This document shows, piece by piece, positions 1 through 9,529 of a DNA stretch of 64,000 nt. This stretch comes from Candidatus Nanoarchaeia archaeon (GTDB lineage: Archaea > Nanobdellota > Nanobdellia > CSSed11-243R1). The notes below the pieces were generated by a model. The model was not told where the DNA came from. It saw only the letters and a list, made by a program, of their open reading frames with translations, and did no database searches. The stretch spans positions 886,610 through 950,609 of the forward strand of contig JAQTNH010000001.1 of the NCBI GenBank assembly GCA_028713895.1, written 5' to 3'. The position numbers and the translations under genes are program-made. Position 1 is the stretch's first letter. Every line of letters starts with the position of its first letter.

Positions 1-82
1 ACGTATCTATCTAAATTACTAACGTTAGGAATTAAGGAAAGTGCGCTAAACCTTAATAAATCACCTTTTTCTATTAGATTGC

Positions 83-352
83 ATGTCTAAAGGGGTGTGG
101 AATAAAACAAAGGATAAGCTGAACAAGATACACAAGGTCTGGCTTGATCTGGACAGCCCGATGGTTTCTACGCAGCAGATAGCCAAGCAGATAGATGTTG
201 ACTGGCATACTGCTGGCAAATATCTTGGCAAGCTTGAAGAGCTGGGGCTTGTCAGCAGGGTTGAAATCAAAACCAGCAAAAAGAAAGTCACGTTCTGGGA
301 AAAGAAGAAAGGGCTCAAAGAGAAGAGCGCTGAAGGTATAGAGAACAAATAA
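83..352 (+). CDS. winged-helix DNA-binding protein
   Basis: 89-aa ORF; STQQIAKQIDVDWHTAGKYLGKLEELGLVSRVE reads as helix-turn-helix plus wing; lysine-rich tail. Confidence 0.5.
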   Translation: MSKGVWNKTKDKLNKIHKVWLDLDSPMVSTQQIAKQIDVDWHTAGKYLGKLEELGLVSRVEIKTSKKKVTFWEKKKGLKEKSAEGIENK

Positions 353-353
353 G

Positions 354-490
354 CGCCGAGGCCAGGATTTGAACCTGGATGTCCGTGAGGACACTAGTTC
401 TCTTGATAGCATCTCTCTTTTCAAAGGTTTTCTCTTGAAAGAGAAAAGCTTTTCGAGACTAGCGCATTAACCGGATTCTGCCACCTCGGC
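354..490 (-). tRNA. tRNA-Ser(CGA) with a 52-nt intron at the canonical 37/38 position
   Basis: Minus-strand read: acceptor GCCGAGG/CCTCGGC, 3-bp D stem, anticodon stem CTAGT/ACTAG with loop CT-CGA-AA (anticodon at 455..453), long variable arm TGTCCTCACGGACAT, T arm CCAGG-TTCAAAT-CCTGG, discriminator G; intron 400..451; 85 nt when spliced; CCA not encoded. Confidence 0.85.
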
Positions 491-570
491 ACATTATTTA
501 CTTGTCTTTTAATTCTTAAATAACATTTGGATAGCAATGTTTATAAGTATTCACTTTTTAGTAGTAATAT

Positions 571-1170
571 ATGGCATTAACACTAATCGGCGAAGCGCAT
601 CCTGAAGAATTGATGTGGCAATATCATTTGGCCAAATCAAAACATGAGCTGTTTGCAGGCAGTGACTTTGGAAAGAAATTTGTAAATCTTTTTGAACAAA
701 AAAGAACATTCGGGGAAATAGACGATTCTTATATACAAAACCTGAATCAAACGCTTAATGATGAGTCCTATGTAATGTCCAAAATCAACGGGATAACAGT
801 TGAGGAAACAAAAATTATTGATGAAATAAAACCCGACGTAATCGTCCTTGAATCCATTGGAATGAAAAAAAGATTCCCTCTTCAAAACAAGATTTATGTG
901 GAGGGTGTTTTACAGGTTATCAAAACCTCTTTCATGAATGCATATTATTCTGAGACTGGGAACTGGCACGAAAAGATGATTAAAGAAAGAGATTCCAAAT
1001 TTGTCCAAAAAATTGATGAAATCCTTGAAAGATATAATAATGTTGTAGGAATTTTTGGAGCAATACATATGCCTGGCATTTGTGAAAAATCCAAGAACAC
1101 AGCGCGCAATATCTTTTTTGTTCCTGAAAATCTCAATGTAATATCTGCGCTTAAAGATTATCTCACCTAA
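571..1170 (+). CDS. hypothetical protein, weak TraB/GumN-like pattern
   Basis: LIGEAHPEE ... KPDVIVLESIG ... GAIHMPGI loosely matches the GTAH / PD.V.VE / G.H..G pattern of TraB/PrgY/GumN proteins. Confidence 0.4.
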   Translation: MALTLIGEAHPEELMWQYHLAKSKHELFAGSDFGKKFVNLFEQKRTFGEIDDSYIQNLNQTLNDESYVMSKINGITVEETKIIDEIKPDVIVLESIGMKKRFPLQNKIYVEGVLQVIKTSFMNAYYSETGNWHEKMIKERDSKFVQKIDEILERYNNVVGIFGAIHMPGICEKSKNTARNIFFVPENLNVISALKDYLT

Positions 1171-1205
1171 TTCTTTATATATCCCTAGCCCTTTTTAAAA
1201 AGTAT

Positions 1206-3758
1206 ATGGCTGAGATTGTAATTGGCAGAAGCGAAAGAGATGTTGAAAAATACGGCATTGAAGGCACCATTTTTGTCGGCAAGCAATACGTAAAAATGGG
1301 CGAAACAATGTCCCTTGCTAACAAAATCCTTCTTGATGTTGTGCGCCCGCATGTCATACTTGTCTCTGGAAAAAGAGGCGAGGGCAAGTGCATTCACGGG
1401 GATACTGAGATTATTCTTTCGGATGGCAGCATAAAAACAGTCAAAGAGCTTGCAAACGATGAAAACCAGATAGTTGCTTTAAATCAAATTTTGAAATTAA
1501 AGACAGCTGAAAAAACAAAGTTCTATGTGCGCGAAGCCAATGAACTGCTTGAGATAAAATTGAGAACAGGTAGGACAATAAAACTTACCCCGGAACATCC
1601 ATTGCTTACAGTTAAGGGCTGGGAAAATGCATGCAATCTTAATGTGGGTTCAAGAGTGGCAACACCACGAGAATTAAATATATTTGGTACAGAATTCCTT
1701 GAAGATTCAAAAGTAAAGATACTTGCTTACTTAATTGCTGAGGGGCACATGAGCAATAATTTTGTTTTATTTTGCAATTCGGACGATAAAATAGTGACTG
1801 ATTTTAAAAATTCGATAAACGAATTTGACAGGAACCTTTTGATTAAGAAGCACGGGCATCTAAATCTAAGAATTGTTGAATGCAAAAGGCACGGGCACGG
1901 CATAGACTCAAAATCATCAATACGAAAGTGGCTTGGTGAAATTGGTATATACGGCAAACTTTCAACAGAAAAATTCATTCCTGACTCGGTATTCAAGCTT
2001 CCGAAAAACAAAGTTGCGCTGTTCCTGAACAGATTATTCAGCTGCGACGGAACAATTTACCCGCGAGAAGAAACATGGGATGTCAGCTATTCCAGCTCGT
2101 CAAAAAAACTGATAATGCAGGTTCAGCATCTGTTGCTTAGGTTCGGAGTGGTTTCTGTGCTTAAAACAAAAGTCACGCCACGAAACCTTAATTATGAACT
2201 CATAATAAGGGGAGCACAGATAATAAGATTCCTGAATGAAATAGGATTCTTTGGCGTAAAAGAACTCAGGGCTGCGCTGGCTCTAAGAGAATTGAGTTCA
2301 AAAAAGTTTAATCCCAACATTGACACTGTACCAAAAGAGATTTGGGAGTGGTACAGGCCAAATAACTGGGCTGAAATCGGAAGGACTATGGGATATTCTA
2401 CCCCAAAGGGCTTGCGAAGCAGCATAAACTATGCGCCAAACAGACAGAAGCTAAAGCAAATTGCGCTGGCAGACAAGAATGAAGCTGCGCTGATGCTCGC
2501 AGAATCGGATATTTACTGGGACGAAATCACAGAGATAAACAGACTGAGTGGAAAATTTACAGTTTATGACATCTCTGTTCCTGAGCATCATAATTTTGTT
2601 GCTGCGGATATTATAGTTCACAATTCTTACACCCTTGCAATGATTGCCGAGGGAATTTCTGACCTGCCAAAGGAGATTTCGCAGAACATTGCACCGCTTT
2701 TCCTGGATACGATGGGAATTTTCTGGACAATGAAGCAGCCGAATTTCAGGGATGAGGCGCTTCTCACCAAATGGGGGCTTCAGCCGCGCGGACTGACCAA
2801 TGTAAAAGTGTTTGTTCCCGGCGGAAAGTTCGATGAAATGGTTGAACAGGGGATTCCTGTTGATGAAAAGTTCTACATAACAACAAGCGAAATTAATGCT
2901 GATGAATGGTGCTATGTGATGGGAATAAATGCAACCTCTGACGAAGGCGTTCTTATTGCAAGCGTGATAAACAGGCTCAATAAGAAAGAGGAAAGATACG
3001 GCATCAAGGACATCGTAAAAGAAGTTGAAAAAGACGAGGACAGCGACAAGAGGATAAAGGCTGTTGTAAGGACACGCTTTGAAGCTGCAGATGCCTGGGG
3101 CTTATTTGCAGACGAGGGAACTGCAGTAGAACAGATAATTGTCGGCGGGCAGGCAACTGTGCTTGACATTTCTGCATATGCGCATGTTTATGGCGGATTT
3201 TCAATACGCGCGCTTGTTGTCGGGCTGTTTGCAAAGAAAATACTTGAACAGCGAATGGCTGTCAGGAAAATTGAAGAGCAGGAAGAAATTGAAAAAGGGT
3301 TCTCATACTACACAAGAAGGGATGTCAAAAAGAAAAGGATACCTCTTGTCTGGATGTTCATTGATGAAATCCATGAGTTCCTTCCGCTGGACAGCGAAAC
3401 AATAGCAACAGGGCCGCTGCTTCAGGTAATCAGGGAAGGCAGACAGCCTGGAATCTCAATGATTGTTGCGACACAGCAGCCCGGAAAAATGAACACGGAT
3501 GTTCTTTCGCAGTGCGACCTTGTAATCTCCCACAGAGTTACTGCAAAGGATGATATAAATGCGCTCAACCGAATCATGCAGACTTACCTGACTTCTGAAC
3601 TGCGGGAATATTTTGACGAGCTTCCGCGGGTGCAGGGGACTGCTGTGATACTTGACCAGAACCAGGAGCGGATGTATTCGGTGCAGATGCGCCCGCGCTT
3701 CAGCTGGCACGGCGGGGAAACACCGACAGCAATTCCACCAAAGGAAAGAAAGATATGA
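1206..3758 (+). CDS. DUF87/HerA-family P-loop ATPase interrupted by an intein
   Basis: Walker A split as SGKRGEGK|C...VHN|SYTL (spliced GKRGEGKS); Walker B VWMFIDEIHEF; VATQQPG and SHRV motifs; extein 438 aa. Confidence 0.85.
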   Translation: MAEIVIGRSERDVEKYGIEGTIFVGKQYVKMGETMSLANKILLDVVRPHVILVSGKRGEGKCIHGDTEIILSDGSIKTVKELANDENQIVALNQILKLKTAEKTKFYVREANELLEIKLRTGRTIKLTPEHPLLTVKGWENACNLNVGSRVATPRELNIFGTEFLEDSKVKILAYLIAEGHMSNNFVLFCNSDDKIVTDFKNSINEFDRNLLIKKHGHLNLRIVECKRHGHGIDSKSSIRKWLGEIGIYGKLSTEKFIPDSVFKLPKNKVALFLNRLFSCDGTIYPREETWDVSYSSSSKKLIMQVQHLLLRFGVVSVLKTKVTPRNLNYELIIRGAQIIRFLNEIGFFGVKELRAALALRELSSKKFNPNIDTVPKEIWEWYRPNNWAEIGRTMGYSTPKGLRSSINYAPNRQKLKQIALADKNEAALMLAESDIYWDEITEINRLSGKFTVYDISVPEHHNFVAADIIVHNSYTLAMIAEGISDLPKEISQNIAPLFLDTMGIFWTMKQPNFRDEALLTKWGLQPRGLTNVKVFVPGGKFDEMVEQGIPVDEKFYITTSEINADEWCYVMGINATSDEGVLIASVINRLNKKEERYGIKDIVKEVEKDEDSDKRIKAVVRTRFEAADAWGLFADEGTAVEQIIVGGQATVLDISAYAHVYGGFSIRALVVGLFAKKILEQRMAVRKIEEQEEIEKGFSYYTRRDVKKKRIPLVWMFIDEIHEFLPLDSETIATGPLLQVIREGRQPGISMIVATQQPGKMNTDVLSQCDLVISHRVTAKDDINALNRIMQTYLTSELREYFDELPRVQGTAVILDQNQERMYSVQMRPRFSWHGGETPTAIPPKERKI
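1389..2624 (+). mobile_element. 412-aa intein with LAGLIDADG homing-endonuclease core, inserted in the P-loop
   Basis: Starts at Cys codon TGC 1389-1391 (CIHGDTEIILSDG); block B TPEHPLLT; LAGLIDADG-like LAYLIAEGHM and FLNRLFSCDGT; ends IIVHN (AAT 2622-2624) followed by Ser +1. Confidence 0.8.
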
Positions 3759-4108
3759 ATAAGACCTTGAAAAAAGCCATTCACTGGACACCGCGTGTGC
3801 TTTCAATACTTTTCATTTTGTTCCTAAGCGTGTTCGCATTGGACATTTTCGACATGAGCCTTGGCATTTGGGGGACAATTGTAGGGCTGTTCATGCACCT
3901 AATTCCAAACTTTTTGCTAATTGGAATCCTTGTTGTGGCATGGAAATGGGAGCGCATAGGAGGAATCCTTTTTATTGTTCTTGGCATTGTGTTCACGCTT
4001 TTTTTCCAGACATACCAGAACATAATGAGTTTTTTATTAATCAGCGGGCCAGTGTTTCTCGTTGGAATATTATTTATAGTTGACTGGTATATTGCAAATA
4101 AGAAGTAA
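3755..4108 (+). CDS. 4-TM membrane protein
   Basis: Four hydrophobic helices; ATGA start/stop overlap with the upstream ATPase. Confidence 0.6.
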   Translation: MNKTLKKAIHWTPRVLSILFILFLSVFALDIFDMSLGIWGTIVGLFMHLIPNFLLIGILVVAWKWERIGGILFIVLGIVFTLFFQTYQNIMSFLLISGPVFLVGILFIVDWYIANKK

Positions 4109-4128
4109 TTGTGTCGGGGGTGTTTTAA

Positions 4129-4356
4129 TTGAATCCAATTAAAGAAGACTATGTAGGGCTTGGCGAAGGCAAGGGCATGAAAATACAACTTTGGCCAAAC
4201 AGGGTTGTAATCCAGCGAATGGAAAAGAAAGAAGGCAAGTGGGAAAAAACACAGGACATTGCCATGAATATACGCGTGCTTGAGTTCCTCGCTTCAAGGC
4301 TACCCGCATGGATTGTGATGATGGACGCGCAGAAAGAAGACAGAGAACAGTTTTAA
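4129..4356 (+). CDS. hypothetical small protein
   Basis: 75-codon ORF with TTG start (alternative ATG at 4177); no recognisable motif. Confidence 0.3.
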   Translation: MNPIKEDYVGLGEGKGMKIQLWPNRVVIQRMEKKEGKWEKTQDIAMNIRVLEFLASRLPAWIVMMDAQKEDREQF

Positions 4357-4731
4357 TTATTTTTTGGTAATCCTTACTTTTGGAACATTTTCTAATTTAA
4401 CTTCAAGTACAGCCCCGTATGCGCCCGGGCAGTTCATTTCAAACATCTTACGAAGAGCCGCAGCATCTTTATTGTATTCCTTGCACCCGACGTAAATAAA
4501 TTTGTTATCTGCATCAAAACCCACAACAGCATAGTGTCCAAGCTTGGGTTCAGAAGAAGGGATTACTTTACCTAACGCATAATCAACAAGAAAATCATTG
4601 AAATTCTGCTTAAGTTGTCTGTCTTTTTCTTCCATCCATTCCATTTTTCTTATGTCCTCTGGGGTAGCTTGCTTTACAGATTGTGTGGCTGGTTCTTTAT
4701 ATGCGCCGCCACCAAAAATTTCTCCGCCCAT
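4357..4731 (-). CDS. hypothetical protein
   Basis: 124-aa ORF with normal composition; no motif recognised. Confidence 0.5.
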   Translation of the reverse strand: MGGEIFGGGAYKEPATQSVKQATPEDIRKMEWMEEKDRQLKQNFNDFLVDYALGKVIPSSEPKLGHYAVVGFDADNKFIYVGCKEYNKDAAALRKMFEMNCPGAYGAVLEVKLENVPKVRITKK

Positions 4732-4741
4732 AAAATCACCT

Positions 4742-4864
4742 TTAAGGCTTTAATTTTTTCTGGCAGTCTGCGCACAAAGCCACGTTGCAGTGCTGGCAGA
4801 CTTTCACGTTTTCCTTAATTCCGAATTTGCCGCAAATTGAGCAGCTTACCAACTTAACTTCCAT
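4742..4864 (-). CDS. 40-aa zinc-ribbon miniprotein (below the ORF-track cut-off)
   Basis: My translation: MEVKLVSCSICGKFGIKENVKVCQHCNVALCADCQKKLKP; CxxC-x11-CxxC-x4-CxxC. Confidence 0.4.
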   Translation of the reverse strand: MEVKLVSCSICGKFGIKENVKVCQHCNVALCADCQKKLKP

Positions 4865-4907
4865 GCGCTAAGCAAAGTTTATTAGTCTTATAAAGTTTGT
4901 TGAAAGC

Positions 4908-5651
4908 ATGGCAAAATCAGAACCTCCTGCGAGTTCCGATACCTCCAGCGTCCACATAAAAGCTGTAATATTTGACATTGATAACACGCTTATTGACTTT
5001 TTTAAAATGAAGGAACTTGCTGTAGAAGAAGCAATCTATGCAATGATTGCTACAGGCCTGAAAAAGTCGCATGACGAGATATGGAACGCGATTGACAAAA
5101 TTTACCAGAAGCACGGGGTTGAATACCAGAATATTTTCAATGAAGTTCTTGAACAGTTTGAGGGAAAAGTTGACAACAAGAAGCTCGGGGCAGCAATTTC
5201 AGCATACAGAAGAGTGAAGACAGGGCACATCATGCCGTATGCCAATGTGATTCCAACGCTTATTGCGCTTACAAAGCGGGGTTATAAGCTCGGAGTGATA
5301 AGCGATGCGCCGAGCCTGCAGATGTGGATAAGGCTCTGCGACATGGGGCTGGAGCACTTTTTTGATTTTGTAATCGCATCAGAGGAAGAGGGAGAACTGA
5401 AGCCGAGCCCGCTGCCGTTCAGGAAAGCGATTGAAATACTCAAGCTGAAGCCGGACGAAATCATGATGATTGGAGACAATACGAACAGGGATGTTGCAGG
5501 GGCAAAAAATATCGGCATGGTTTCAGCGCTTGCGAAATACGGGCAGCTTGGAAAAAGAATTGTCGGAGTGCAGCCATATCCGGCAAACGATAAAATCAAG
5601 CCTGACTACGAAATTGGCGACATAAAGGAACTGCTTGAGATTCTGAAATAG
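4908..5651 (+). CDS. HAD-superfamily hydrolase
   Basis: Motif I FDIDNTLIDF (DxDxT), motif IV GDNTNRDVAGAKNIG. Confidence 0.8.
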   Translation: MAKSEPPASSDTSSVHIKAVIFDIDNTLIDFFKMKELAVEEAIYAMIATGLKKSHDEIWNAIDKIYQKHGVEYQNIFNEVLEQFEGKVDNKKLGAAISAYRRVKTGHIMPYANVIPTLIALTKRGYKLGVISDAPSLQMWIRLCDMGLEHFFDFVIASEEEGELKPSPLPFRKAIEILKLKPDEIMMIGDNTNRDVAGAKNIGMVSALAKYGQLGKRIVGVQPYPANDKIKPDYEIGDIKELLEILK

Positions 5652-5709
5652 GTTAGAAACTTTTATAAACAAAAGGAACCAAGAGATAAAAGATATGTCT
5701 CATTGAGGT

Positions 5710-5910
5710 GTGGCAATGTCAAAGTGTGAAATATGCAACCAAAAAGTCAAGACAACTTATGTGTGTGACGGATGCGGAGCGCGCTTCTGCGAAAAATGCG
5801 GAAATGTGAAGAAGCTCACATGCAAGGATTGCATAAGCTATGATGAGGAGATAAAAGGCGGATACAAGCCCGAACAGGAAATCGAGATAGAAATCGAGGA
5901 CACTGAGTAA
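5710..5910 (+). CDS. zinc-ribbon protein
   Basis: CEIC ... CDGC ... CEKC ... CKDC cysteine pairs; acidic tail. Confidence 0.55.
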   Translation: MAMSKCEICNQKVKTTYVCDGCGARFCEKCGNVKKLTCKDCISYDEEIKGGYKPEQEIEIEIEDTE

Positions 5911-5912
5911 TT

Positions 5913-6239
5913 TTATTCTATTTTACACAATTCTTCCAGGGAGAGCTTAACCAGTTTGCCGTGTTTCTTTTCCGCGGGCCTGATATATTCTTTAATCTTC
6001 TCCTGGGCCAAGCCTTTGTCGTGACTTATACAGCGATAACACATCTTTTCAAAATCTTTCCAGCCCCAATAAGGCAATTTCTCGCCTTTCTTCGTTTCAG
6101 TTACTCTGACTTTGAAATAAGGACCTGTGCCGCAATTTTTTATAACATCAGGGTCTGTAGCGAAACATTTGTAAATTTCTTTACCGCTGACAGTATCCTT
6201 TCTCCTTAGAACAAAGAAAATATGGTTATAATATGCCAT
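5913..6239 (-). CDS. hypothetical protein
   Basis: 108-aa ORF; no motif recognised. Confidence 0.5.
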   Translation of the reverse strand: MAYYNHIFFVLRRKDTVSGKEIYKCFATDPDVIKNCGTGPYFKVRVTETKKGEKLPYWGWKDFEKMCYRCISHDKGLAQEKIKEYIRPAEKKHGKLVKLSLEELCKIE

Positions 6240-6272
6240 AACAAAAATAAAAAATAATCAAAGAAGACACGA

Positions 6273-6539
6273 TTATAAGATGTCTTCTTCGGCAACTACG
6301 ACGTAATCGCCTACTGCTACAACTGAAGCGAACGGAATCTTTATGTTTCCTTTTTCGTCTTTTTCCAAGTCAAAGCCCATCGCGTATGGTGTTGGGTTCT
6401 TGAGAATTACGTATATCAATTCACCTGTTTTGCTCTCAAATTTCATGTCCCCGACCTCACCGAACTTCTTTCCTGCCTTGCTGACTACAGTTCTTCCAAG
6501 AATGTTCTTTGATGGTACTCTCTCGCCCTTTGTGACCAT
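6273..6539 (-). CDS. PRC-barrel domain protein
   Basis: LGRTVVSKAGKKFGEVGDMKFESKTGELIYVIL ... VGDYVVV pattern typical of PRC barrels. Confidence 0.6.
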   Translation of the reverse strand: MVTKGERVPSKNILGRTVVSKAGKKFGEVGDMKFESKTGELIYVILKNPTPYAMGFDLEKDEKGNIKIPFASVVAVGDYVVVAEEDIL

Positions 6540-6595
6540 GTTTCTACCTCCATTTTTATACTATATTAGTGAAAATTAAGATATATTAAGTTTTC

Positions 6596-7348
6596 TTACT
6601 TGAACTCAGTGGCACTTTGCTGTCCTACAGGGAAGAAAAACTGCACTAAAATGAAGCTTCCCACCAGTAAAAGTATTGAAATGATTATTGACCAAAGCAG
6701 CCCTATGAACGGCGGAAGGAGCCACAGGACAATTGCAGAGGCAAATATCCCCAGCCACACAGGGATGTTCCACCTGAATATTTTTGTTCCGTCCAAAGGC
6801 GGTATTGGAAGGCAGTTGAAGAGCGCGATGATTATGTTTATGTGCGCAGACATTGCGAAAAATACCGGACTGTACGGCAGCAGGATATAGGAGATTATTG
6901 CAAGGACTATGTTTGTCATCGGCCCGACAATTGATATCTTGCCCAGCTGGCTGCTTGTCAGCCCGATAAACCTGTAGCCAAGACGCGTGTGGTACGCCGG
7001 TGAAATCATTACAGCCCCAAGAGCCGCGAAAACGAAATTGCCCATTGTCAGCACTGAGAAAAGAAGCGCTATTGCAATACCTGTCGGCCACATCACATAA
7101 ACCGCCAGAAGGTCGTATTTCTGCGCCATTAACTTGTGCGCAAGCTCATGGAACAGGAGTGCAGGTCCGACAATCGCTATTGACATCAGGTAGTTCTTGA
7201 GCGACCAGTCACCGAATGAAAAAACGATTCCCAGGACTGCAACAGAAATAAGCAAATCGCGTATTTCCGCCAGCGTAAACGTATATTTTTTGTATCCGAA
7301 TGCCATGTTCCAGTCAATTTTTGACAGAATGTTTTCCATTTTAATCAA
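6596..7348 (-). CDS. M50 (site-2 protease family) membrane metalloprotease
   Basis: HELAHKLMAQ (HExxH) plus NCLPIPPLDG (NxxPxxxLDG); multiple TM helices. Confidence 0.8.
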   Translation of the reverse strand: MIKMENILSKIDWNMAFGYKKYTFTLAEIRDLLISVAVLGIVFSFGDWSLKNYLMSIAIVGPALLFHELAHKLMAQKYDLLAVYVMWPTGIAIALLFSVLTMGNFVFAALGAVMISPAYHTRLGYRFIGLTSSQLGKISIVGPMTNIVLAIISYILLPYSPVFFAMSAHINIIIALFNCLPIPPLDGTKIFRWNIPVWLGIFASAIVLWLLPPFIGLLWSIIISILLLVGSFILVQFFFPVGQQSATEFK

Positions 7349-8990
7349 TCACTATCTCGACCTTGTCCCCGAAAATTGCCTTCAGGGACTCTATTGTTTT
7401 CTCCTTGACTGTAGCAGTTTCAGAGACTTTAATATTTTTACGCTTTTTGGTGAGCTCTTCAACATCTGTTTTTTCCATTTTTTCAAGTGAGCCGTCATTT
7501 CTCATGCTTGCCCTGTAAGTTGTTGATTCCGGGTGGGTGATGTCTGCTATTATGAACACCTCATTTCCCAGAACCCAAATCTCCGCTTTTTTGTCCTTGT
7601 AAACAATCTTGAACCTGAACTTGTCAGTGCCTTTCAGCTCGCGGATTTTTGCAAATCCAATCACAGCTTCGATGAAATCATGCGCGTTTTTCTCCAGGCG
7701 GTTGATTTCTTCCTGCGTGACCAGCCCGCGCTGATAATCATCCTTTACGTGGTCAAAATAACCAAGGAACTCTGTGTATGCCGCAGGCATCACTTTTTTC
7801 TCAACCATCGTCTTCTTGAATTTGTATGCCAAGTCCTTGTCAGACGACTTGACGCCAAGGGTCTCAAGCACAGTGCGCATTCCCTTGCGCGACAGGTAAT
7901 CTATCTCCTTTATCTTTTCCCCGATGTTTTCTTTTTTCATCTTTTCAAAAAGCTTGTTTATATCCTCGGAGAACTCTGTTGCGCGCGCAATGTAAACATC
8001 AATCAATTTCCCGTTTACTTCCCTGCTGTTGTCGTGCTCAACGCGCTTGCGGATTGCGATTATTTCATCGAGCCAGTCAACATATTTCTTGTTAAGAAGC
8101 CCCTTGTCGACAAAATAGCGCTTTAACAGATGCGGGGTTTCGCCATAAGCAGGAGGCGCGATTCCTACAAACATAAGCGCTGCCTGGGCTGGGTTAAGCA
8201 TTGCATAGTAGAGCTTTTCTATAAGCATTTCATCAAGATTGCTCCTGATTACTTTTGTGAGAAGATTTCCTGACTGGATAAATGACTTGATTGCCTCGGG
8301 TGTGGGCTTTATTTTTCCCATCTTTAGCAGAAGCTTCCATGGCGAGAAAAGCCCCTTATCAAAAATGGGTACTCCGTCGCGCAGAAGCGTGAAAATAACA
8401 GGGTTTGCATCGCGCACATACTCCCAGAACTGGGTGAGGATGTACACCTGGACATTGATGTCCTTGCCAGATTCAGCTGCGATTCCAAGGACAATCTTCC
8501 GGATTTTTTCGCGGATTTCAACACGCGTGGTTTCCTTGACATCAGTGTCGTCTATGACAACTCCGAAGTCAACGTCCGAGCCCTTTACTGCCTGCCCTCG
8601 CGCCCAGGAGCCGAAAAGCACGAGTGAGATGAGGTACTTGTCAAACTTTTTTGCCAATCCTTCGCGCATTGCAAAGCCGCATTTCAAGGCGTTGATAAGT
8701 CCGGTATCATAAATAACTTTTGAGTGGACTATGTCCTCTGTCAGCTGGTATTTACCGTCGAAAAACGCCTGCCACAAGCCGGAAAGCGGAAGAATGTTGA
8801 ACTCTTTTGCATCCTTTGTGAACTCAGCCGCGTTTTCAGCAGCTTTTGTAAAGGCAAGGTCGTTTACAACTGCAATTATGACTGTGCTTTTTTTGCCCTC
8901 TTTCTCTATCTGCTTCTCAACAATCGTGAGAGTTTCCTTTTTGAACTTTTTAAGAAAAGCTGTTACCCCACCTTTTTGCGCTTTAGCCAT
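7341..8990 (-). CDS. nucleotidyltransferase-domain protein
   Basis: GSWARGQAVKGSDVDFGVVIDD (GS-x9-DxD minimal NTase motif); long helical C-terminal region. Confidence 0.65.
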   Translation of the reverse strand: MAKAQKGGVTAFLKKFKKETLTIVEKQIEKEGKKSTVIIAVVNDLAFTKAAENAAEFTKDAKEFNILPLSGLWQAFFDGKYQLTEDIVHSKVIYDTGLINALKCGFAMREGLAKKFDKYLISLVLFGSWARGQAVKGSDVDFGVVIDDTDVKETTRVEIREKIRKIVLGIAAESGKDINVQVYILTQFWEYVRDANPVIFTLLRDGVPIFDKGLFSPWKLLLKMGKIKPTPEAIKSFIQSGNLLTKVIRSNLDEMLIEKLYYAMLNPAQAALMFVGIAPPAYGETPHLLKRYFVDKGLLNKKYVDWLDEIIAIRKRVEHDNSREVNGKLIDVYIARATEFSEDINKLFEKMKKENIGEKIKEIDYLSRKGMRTVLETLGVKSSDKDLAYKFKKTMVEKKVMPAAYTEFLGYFDHVKDDYQRGLVTQEEINRLEKNAHDFIEAVIGFAKIRELKGTDKFRFKIVYKDKKAEIWVLGNEVFIIADITHPESTTYRASMRNDGSLEKMEKTDVEELTKKRKNIKVSETATVKEKTIESLKAIFGDKVEIVID

Positions 8991-9027
8991 AATATTTTGA
9001 ATAGTTTGTCCTTAAATAAGCTTTTTG

Positions 9028-9468
9028 TTAGAAGTCATCCTCTTTTGGTTTCTCTGGGAAATTCATTTCAAGCAGCTTAACAAGCCCTTCGTATTCTTCT
9101 TTATCATTGCGGTTATCCGATGTGTAATCAAGTTCAGCTTTTATATGATCCGGACTCCAGCAGTCCAATTCTACGTATACATTACGATCGCTGGAGTATA
9201 TGCGCACTCTACATATAGGACTTGTTTTGATGCCTGATACGTGTTCATACACAATATTAAACTCGCCATGTCTTGGATAATTTTGTTCATACTTCCGAAG
9301 CTGTTTTCTAAAATTTTTTGAAATATTACGTATATCTTCTTCTGAGAAATTTACACTATCACCGAATAATCCTATGAATTCATTAATTCTTTTCTTTACT
9401 GCCCCTAGTGGGCTTGTTAATGGTTTGGTTTGTATCCCTTCAACTTCTTTGTACAGTGATTGCACCAT
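9028..9468 (-). CDS. hypothetical protein
   Basis: 146-aa ORF; no motif recognised. Confidence 0.5.
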   Translation of the reverse strand: MVQSLYKEVEGIQTKPLTSPLGAVKKRINEFIGLFGDSVNFSEEDIRNISKNFRKQLRKYEQNYPRHGEFNIVYEHVSGIKTSPICRVRIYSSDRNVYVELDCWSPDHIKAELDYTSDNRNDKEEYEGLVKLLEMNFPEKPKEDDF

Positions 9469-9529
9469 TTTTGTCCGTACCCAATTAAGGATGTTCTAAT
9501 TTAAATAGTTTAAATGAATCAGTAATGGT

